From Deinococcus sp. (GTDB lineage Bacteria > Deinococcota > Deinococci > Deinococcales > Deinococcaceae), in assembly GCA_965261005.1 (NCBI GenBank), contig OZ253375.1, positions 2,304,001 through 2,368,000 on the forward strand: a stretch of DNA of 64,000 nt, written 5' to 3'. Of this stretch, positions 58,576 through 64,000 are shown piece after piece. The notes beneath the pieces were generated by a model. It did not search any database. It was not told the origin of the DNA and saw nothing but the letters and a program-made list of their open reading frames with translations. Position 1 is the first letter of the stretch; each line of letters begins with the position of its first letter. The position numbers and the translations under genes are program-made.

Positions 58576-59160
58576 TCAACTGCTTTTCACGTGGAACATG
58601 TGCGGCAAGGTGACCAGGCGGGCGACCCCGGCGCACACCGGAAAATCGCGCAGCGCCAAGTTGGGCAAGGCTTCGACCGCGCAGCCGGGGGTGAGCGCCA
58701 AGGTTTCCCCGCACACCAGCGTGTCGCCGCCCCGTCCCGCGTCGCACAAGCGGCGGGCCAAGTTGACCGGCAATCCGTGGGCGGTCAGGCTGCCGCCCAC
58801 CGAGCCGAGCAGCACCGCGCCGCTGGCCACGCCGGCGCGCACGCTGAGGCGCACGCCAAGCCGCGCGGCGAGGCCCACCTTGGCGGCGCGCAAGTGGGCC
58901 TGGACGGCCGCCTGCAAGGCGCTGGTGGCCTCAAAGCTCGGCCAAATCGCCACGACCGCGTCGCCCTGATGCTGCAACACCTCGCCGCCATAAGACGCGC
59001 AGCACAGAATCAAGACCTGCAACGTCTCGGCCATCAGGGCGCCGTACAGTTCGAGCGAGAGCTGCTGCGCGAGGCGGGTGCTGCCGACCACGTCCACGAA
59101 CAACACGCTGACTTCCCGCCGGGCGGGGGGCAAGGTGAGCAGCGGCAAGGGAATGGTCAT
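58576..59160 (-). CDS. Standalone class III adenylate/guanylate cyclase domain protein; start uncertain
   Basis: [23 protein letters not shown] and VNLARRL. Confidence 0.8.
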   Translation of the reverse strand: MTIPLPLLTLPPARREVSVLFVDVVGSTRLAQQLSLELYGALMAETLQVLILCCASYGGEVLQHQGDAVVAIWPSFEATSALQAAVQAHLRAAKVGLAARLGVRLSVRAGVASGAVLLGSVGGSLTAHGLPVNLARRLCDAGRGGDTLVCGETLALTPGCAVEALPNLALRDFPVCAGVARLVTLPHMFHVKSS

Positions 59161-59275
59161 GGGCGTAAGGGCAGGTCCGATGCTCAAGATGCCATCAGAT
59201 TTCACTAATCTTAACTCATCCTTCCACGCCGGTGTGTACAACTTCACATTCTGACGAACCGATCAGCTTGGCCGG

Positions 59276-59701
59276 CTAGCTTGGCAGCGCGAAGCCGTGC
59301 AGGGGGGGCAAGGTCTTGAAGCGCACCCAGTCGCCCACCTGCACGGGGGGCCAGCCGCCGAAGCGGCCGAGCACGATGGGCAGGCGGGCGCGCACCACGC
59401 CGAGGCCGCGCCCCACCTCCAGCACCTCGCCCACGCCTTCCACCTCGGACACGCCGAGGGCGCGCCAAGTCTCCTCGCGCGCGTCCGTCAGCTCGATCAT
59501 GTCGGCCACGCCGTGCACGATCAGCTGGCCCTCGCCGGGCCGGGCCGCGTAGGGTCCCGAGCGGTCGAACAGGTACAGCACCCGCCCGGCGGCGGCGAAC
59601 TCCAACAGAGGGCTGCCCTCCCCTTGCGGGTAAATCGTGCCGTGTGCGGCGTGCGCCCGAAAGCGCGCCACGAATTCCTCGACCGAGCTTTCCAAAACCA
59701 T
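59276..59701 (-). CDS. Hypothetical protein
   Basis: Host-like codon usage; TAGAAT 7 nt before ATG. Confidence 0.7.
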   Translation of the reverse strand: MVLESSVEEFVARFRAHAAHGTIYPQGEGSPLLEFAAAGRVLYLFDRSGPYAARPGEGQLIVHGVADMIELTDAREETWRALGVSEVEGVGEVLEVGRGLGVVRARLPIVLGRFGGWPPVQVGDWVRFKTLPPLHGFALPS

Positions 59702-59711
59702 AGCTGCCATT

Positions 59712-59999
59712 CTAGGACCGGTCCTCTAGCAGCACGTCCAAACCCGGCAGCGTCCAGTTGGCCCCGGTGAGCAGCGGGTCGGCGCGCTCCAGCGCGAAGG
59801 TGCCCTCCACCTCGCGCAGGGTGTGGATCAGCAGCAGCCCGGTGACGCGCTCCAGGTACGCCCAGGCCGGGCTGCTCGCAGTCTGGGCGTCACGCGCCCG
59901 GCGCAATTCGCGCAGGGCGGCGCGCTCGTCGCCCCGCGCAAAGGCGCGCCGCGCTTCCCCCGGAATCAAGCCAGCCGGAATCAGGTCAAGCTGCGCCAC
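59712..59999 (-). CDS. Hypothetical protein; start uncertain
   Basis: Fills the gap in a co-directional run; helical-looking sequence. Confidence 0.55.
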   Translation of the reverse strand: MAQLDLIPAGLIPGEARRAFARGDERAALRELRRARDAQTASSPAWAYLERVTGLLLIHTLREVEGTFALERADPLLTGANWTLPGLDVLLEDRS

Positions 60000-60871
60000 G
60001 CCACGTCGAGGGCCACGCCCAGCAACATGGTCAGCGAGAGCCACATGTTGGCGTCGAAAAAGGCGACGTTGACCTTGGTGAGGTCGTTCGGGTTGATGAT
60101 GCGGTGCTCGTACAGCAAGATGGCGCCCATCACCAGGGCGGCGGCGTAGTACGGCCAAGCGGCGCCGGCGAGCAGGCCGGTCAACAGCAGCAACGCGAAG
60201 GTGAGCGCGTGCGCCCACGCCGCGATGTTGAGGGACCGACTCAGGCCGAAGCGCGCAGGAATGCTGTGAACGCGGTGGGCGCGGTCAAAGGCGAGGTCCT
60301 GGGTGGCGTAGATCACGTCGAGGCCGACCATCCAAAACACCACCACCAGCCACAGCGCGGCGGCCGCCGGGTCCCATCTCCCGGTCACGGCGATCCAGCC
60401 GCCCGCCGCCGCCGCGCCGTCGGTGACGCCCAGCCAGACGTGGCACAGCCAGGTGTAGCGCTTGGTGTAGGGATAAGCGATCAAGAAGAAGACCGCCAGC
60501 GGCAGCAGCGCGAGGGTCAGGGGATTGAGGTTGAGGGCGGCCAGCAGGAGGGCGCCCAGACTGACCACGATCAACCAGGTCGCCTGCGCCGGCGAGACTC
60601 GCCCCTTTGGGATGTCCCGGTTCGCCGTGCGCGGGTTGAGGGCGTCCAAGCGCGCGTCGATCAAGCGGTTGGCCGCCATCGCGGCGGTGCGGGCGCCGGC
60701 CATCGCCAGCGTCACCCACAGCACGGTCGCCAGGCCCGGCCAGCCGGTGCCCAGGGTCTTTTGTGCCGCCAGCAGCATGCCGGCGTAGGCAAAGGGCAGC
60801 GCGAAGACGGTGTGCTCGAACTTGACGAGGTCGAAGAGGGTTTTCAGGCGGGGAAGGGCGGGGGTGGCCAC
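59981..60871 (-). CDS. UbiA-family prenyltransferase, MqnP-like (futalosine menaquinone pathway)
   Basis: [35 protein letters not shown] and [10 protein letters not shown]. Confidence 0.85.
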   Translation of the reverse strand: MATPALPRLKTLFDLVKFEHTVFALPFAYAGMLLAAQKTLGTGWPGLATVLWVTLAMAGARTAAMAANRLIDARLDALNPRTANRDIPKGRVSPAQATWLIVVSLGALLLAALNLNPLTLALLPLAVFFLIAYPYTKRYTWLCHVWLGVTDGAAAAGGWIAVTGRWDPAAAALWLVVVFWMVGLDVIYATQDLAFDRAHRVHSIPARFGLSRSLNIAAWAHALTFALLLLTGLLAGAAWPYYAAALVMGAILLYEHRIINPNDLTKVNVAFFDANMWLSLTMLLGVALDVAWRSLT

Positions 60872-60914
60872 GGGGGGCCAGCATACCGCCGGTTGGGGCG
60901 AGAGCGGCCAATCA

Positions 60915-61171
60915 AGGTTACGAAGGTGCCCGCGTTCGTCAGGGTGGCGCCCAGCGCGGCCACCGACATCACCAGCGGCAGGTAGGGCAGCGCGAACTCC
61001 AGCACGCCGCCCGCGTCCGGGTGCAAGCTCAGGTGGTGCGCCAGTCGCGAGATCACCACCACGAACACCAGGTCGTAGAACAGCTCCAGAAACGAGACGC
61101 GCCGCTCCTCGTCGCCGGCGTGCAACGTGGGGCGCTGCCACCAGGTGCGAATTCAGTCGGTCATGCGCCAT
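60915..61171 (-). pseudogene. Low-temperature requirement protein A (LtrA-like) remnant
   Basis: [18 protein letters not shown] motif, frame break near the start and an abrupt jump to [11 protein letters not shown]. Confidence 0.65.
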
Positions 61172-61189
61172 GCTAAGTGTAAAAAGGCT

Positions 61190-62161
61190 CTATTCCGGCT
61201 TGGCCTCGCGTCCCATCAGCTCGGCGAGGCCCTGCGCCGGATGGAGCTGGCCGCTCACCACGGCGTTCACCGCGCGCACGATGGGCAAGTCGAAGCCGGC
61301 GGCGTCGGCCCAGTCGGCCAGCAGGGCGCTCGTCCGCAGTCCCTCGATCACCTGCCCACCCACCTGGCTACCCTGGGCCAGCTTCTCGCCGCGCGCAATG
61401 CGCTCGCCGGCGGCGCGGTTGCGCGAGTGGCGGCTGAAGGCGGTCGCCATCAAGTCGCCCAGGCCCGACAGGCCGTAGATGGTGTCTGCCCGCGCTCCCT
61501 GCGCCACGGCGTAGCGCTCCATCTCGCGCAGCCCGCGCGTCATCAGGGACGCCTTGGCGTTGTCGCCCAACTCCAGGCCGTCCACCATGCCGCCCGCCAG
61601 GGCCATCACGTTCTTGAGGACGCCGCCCAGCTCCACCCCGGCCACGTCGGCGGAGGTGTAGACCCGCAAGCTGGGCGTCAGTAAGGCGGCCTGCACCGTG
61701 AGGGCGAACGCCTCGTCCGCGCTGGCAACCACGCTGGCGGCGGGCAACCCGCGCCCGACCTCCTCGGCGTGGTTGGGGCCGGAGAGAACGGCCACGCGCG
61801 AGGGGCCTAGGTCCGCCGCCGCCGCCCGCGACAGCCGCCGGCCGTCTGCGGCCAGTCCCTTGGCGGCCAAGACCACACCCAACGTTTTCGGCAGCGCGCC
61901 GAGCAGGTCGGCCGTTCCGGCGCTGGGCACCGCCAGCAGCGCCCAACCGAACGAAGAACACGCGGCGAGGTCGGCCGTGACCCGCACGCCGCTTGGCAAG
62001 CTCACGCCCGGCAGGTAGGAGGCGTTTTCCCGGCTTTGTTCCAGCGCACGCGCGAACTCCGGCCGCCGCGCCCAAAGGGTGACCTCGCGGCCGTGCGCTG
62101 CCAGCATGACCGAGAGCGCCGTGCCCCAGCCGCCCGCCCCCAGGATCAGCACGGACCTCAT
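61190..62161 (-). CDS. gpsA: NAD(P)H-dependent glycerol-3-phosphate dehydrogenase
   Basis: [33 protein letters not shown] and SRNR. Confidence 0.94.
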   Translation of the reverse strand: MRSVLILGAGGWGTALSVMLAAHGREVTLWARRPEFARALEQSRENASYLPGVSLPSGVRVTADLAACSSFGWALLAVPSAGTADLLGALPKTLGVVLAAKGLAADGRRLSRAAAADLGPSRVAVLSGPNHAEEVGRGLPAASVVASADEAFALTVQAALLTPSLRVYTSADVAGVELGGVLKNVMALAGGMVDGLELGDNAKASLMTRGLREMERYAVAQGARADTIYGLSGLGDLMATAFSRHSRNRAAGERIARGEKLAQGSQVGGQVIEGLRTSALLADWADAAGFDLPIVRAVNAVVSGQLHPAQGLAELMGREAKPE

Positions 62162-62946
62162 ACCAGCTGTCGAGGCAGCCCCCGCCCCGGCGCCGCGTTG
62201 TGCGCGAAGACCCATACCCGCGCCGCGTCCGGGGGGGGCGGCGCGTAGTCGGGAAACTCGCACACGAGCCACTGCCCAAAGCCCGCCCCGCTTAGCAGCG
62301 GCTCCAAGTCCTGCGGGTCGTAGCCGCGCTCCTCGTGAACCTCCACGAACTCCTCTTCCTGCACATCGTCACCCGTCAAGCGGCAGCGCGCCTCCACCAC
62401 GCCTACGGCGCGCGCCGCGTCGTAGCGGTGCGACCAGCGGTAATGGACCTCGCCCCCGCCCGGCAGGGGAGCCACGCCCTCGATGGCCCCCTCCTCCCAC
62501 AAGTCGCGCACGCCCAGGCGGGTGTTCACGTCAAAGGCGAGGACGCCCCCGGGCCTCAGGTGCGCCCGCGCCCGCGTCAGGGCCGCCAGCAAGTCACGTG
62601 GCTCGGTCAGGTTGTTGAGGGAGTCGAAGAGGCAGGTCACCAGGTCAAAGGTCTCGCCGAGGTCGAAGGTCGTCAGGTCCCCCTCCACGAAGCGCACCCC
62701 CGGCAGCGCGCGGCGCGCGACGGCCAGCATGTCCTGGGAGCGGTCGAGGCCGGTCACGCGCAGACCGCGCTCCGCGAAAGGGCGGCTGGAGGCGCCGGTG
62801 CCGCAGGCGAGGTCGAGCACGCTCTCTGTGGGAACGCCCTCGCTTCCCAGGTACTCCAGCACGAAGTCGGCCCAGGCGCCGTACTCGATGTCGGACATGA
62901 TGGCGTCGTAGACGCTGGCGAGGGCGGTGAAAGGGGGACGTTGCAC
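62158..62946 (-). CDS. Class I SAM-dependent methyltransferase
   Basis: [20 protein letters not shown] and HLRPGG..AFD. Confidence 0.9.
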   Translation of the reverse strand: MQRPPFTALASVYDAIMSDIEYGAWADFVLEYLGSEGVPTESVLDLACGTGASSRPFAERGLRVTGLDRSQDMLAVARRALPGVRFVEGDLTTFDLGETFDLVTCLFDSLNNLTEPRDLLAALTRARAHLRPGGVLAFDVNTRLGVRDLWEEGAIEGVAPLPGGGEVHYRWSHRYDAARAVGVVEARCRLTGDDVQEEEFVEVHEERGYDPQDLEPLLSGAGFGQWLVCEFPDYAPPPPDAARVWVFAHNAAPGRGLPRQLV

Positions 62947-63049
62947 CGGGTCACTGTAGCAATCCTGGCAAGCAGCAACCCGGGCAGGCTGACGTGTTCG
63001 TGAATATCGCCACAACTTTTCCAGGCTGGAAGGTGGGGGGCGCGCCGTT

Positions 63050-63188
63050 TAGAGCATTTGTCAGAAGTGTTGAGCGCCCTTCTCAATACTTCCCGAGTGG
63101 AACGAGTAGCAAGGGGAGGGCATTTGTCAATGGCATGGAGCGGCGCAGGCGAAGCCGGAGGCGCGCAATAGAATTGACAAATGCTCTA
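63050..63188. mobile_element. MITE family C with perfect 14-bp terminal inverted repeats (including TA)
   Basis: TAGAGCATTTGTCA..TGACAAATGCTCTA, 139 bp, no convincing coding capacity. Confidence 0.8.
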
Positions 63189-63209
63189 GGCTGGCGTCGG
63201 AGGTTTCCC

Positions 63210-63653
63210 ATGCACACACGTCTTCTCGGCCTCGCCGCCGCCGCTTCCCTGACGCTCGCCGCCTGCAACAGCGCCGTGGGCAACGTGAACGCCCCCGACG
63301 TCAGCGGCGCCCTGACCGGCTTTCCAAACACCCAAGGCGTGAACCTGGCGCTGGTGGGCTTCGGCGCGGGCGGCGTCACCAACAACTCGACCCAGGCGGC
63401 CGTGATTGACCCGAGGGTGTTCGACGCCTACGCCTTCGACCTCCCCCAGAACGGCCCGAGCGGCACCTACAAGCTGATCGCTTACCGCGACGCCAACACC
63501 AACGGCAGCTTTGACCTCGGCGAGACCGTCACCGCCCAGAACGACATGAATTTGGTCTACGACGCCCAGAACGGCTGGCGCATCCAGAACGCCGACGGCA
63601 GCTACAAGACCCGGCCCCTCAACAACTACAACCTCGCCTACAACGATCAGTAG
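63210..63653 (+). CDS. Lipoprotein of unknown function
   Basis: Lipobox LAAC, RBS GGAGG and DANTNGSFD Ca-loop-like motif. Confidence 0.8.
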   Translation: MHTRLLGLAAAASLTLAACNSAVGNVNAPDVSGALTGFPNTQGVNLALVGFGAGGVTNNSTQAAVIDPRVFDAYAFDLPQNGPSGTYKLIAYRDANTNGSFDLGETVTAQNDMNLVYDAQNGWRIQNADGSYKTRPLNNYNLAYNDQ

Positions 63654-63671
63654 GGCGGAACCGAGCTATGT

Positions 63672-63704
63672 GAAGGGCCGGAGCTTTTGCTTTGGCCCTT
63701 TTCT
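63672..63704 (+). terminator. Probable intrinsic terminator
   Basis: AAGGGCCGGAGC-tttt-GCTTTGGCCCTT followed by TTCT. Confidence 0.6.
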
Positions 63705-63722
63705 CAGGGGTTATCCTGCCGC

Positions 63723-64000
63723 ATGACCTTCGAGAGCAGATTCGCCGAACTGAACGACCGCCTGCGCGAGATCAGCGACCTCGGCTCCGTGGGCGCCGTG
63801 CTGGGCTGGGACCAAAGCACCTACCTGCCGGTTGGCGGCTCGGCGGCCCGAGCGCGCCAAAGCGCCCTCTTGAGCGGGCTGCGCCACCAAAAGGCGACCG
63901 ACCCGGAATTGGGCCGGTTGCTGGAAAGCCTGGAGCGTGAGAGCGGCCAGCTCGACCCGGACAGGATGCAGGCCGCCCTCTTGCGGGTGGCGCGGCGCGA
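63723..64000 (+). CDS. Carboxypeptidase M32 family, 3'-truncated by the window edge
   Basis: MTFESRFAELNDRLREISDL..GAVLGWDQSTYLP.GG.AARARQ.A.L; TATCCT 5 nt before ATG. Confidence 0.85.
   Translation, partial: MTFESRFAELNDRLREISDLGSVGAVLGWDQSTYLPVGGSAARARQSALLSGLRHQKATDPELGRLLESLERESGQLDPDRMQAALLRVARR

Noticed and set aside
59981..61171. 396-aa extended prenyltransferase
   Set aside because: The extension is the out-of-frame LtrA remnant; family homology starts near 60871 after a TATGCT box

Overview
High-GC chromosomal segment that looks like Deinococcota (Deinococcus-like). That assignment is inferred from protein content, pervasive leaderless TAnnnT promoters and Deinococcus-type small repeats. 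Left to right it holds: the tail of a surface-polysaccharide locus, tRNA-Glu, lpdA/galE/sucB, a five-gene sugar-oxidation operon, ddl, a peptide ABC locus with two binding proteins separated by a tnpB-only IS200/IS605 element, moeA, a polyol ABC/mannitol dehydrogenase operon with LacI, a GH55-like lipoprotein, thrC-thrB, a DinB cluster divergent from a WYL regulator, a DUF2089/PadR locus, an OmpR-type two-component system, an mqnP-like gene, gpsA and the start of an M32 carboxypeptidase. Four things stand out. (1) An unannotated unit at 19979-20339 has the architecture of a type I toxin-antitoxin system: 53-aa basic/hydrophobic peptide, 5'-3' long-range pairing, overlapping leader ORF and internal antisense promoter. 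(2) The TnpB element sits exactly in a stop codon, so the host protein is unchanged. (3) A shared palindrome gives both WYL/DinB promoters a PafBC-like -26/-10 geometry. (4) A TA-targeting miniature repeat family carries 0, 1 or 2 copies of an internal hairpin module. All calls come from reading the sequence and recognising motifs; no searches were run.
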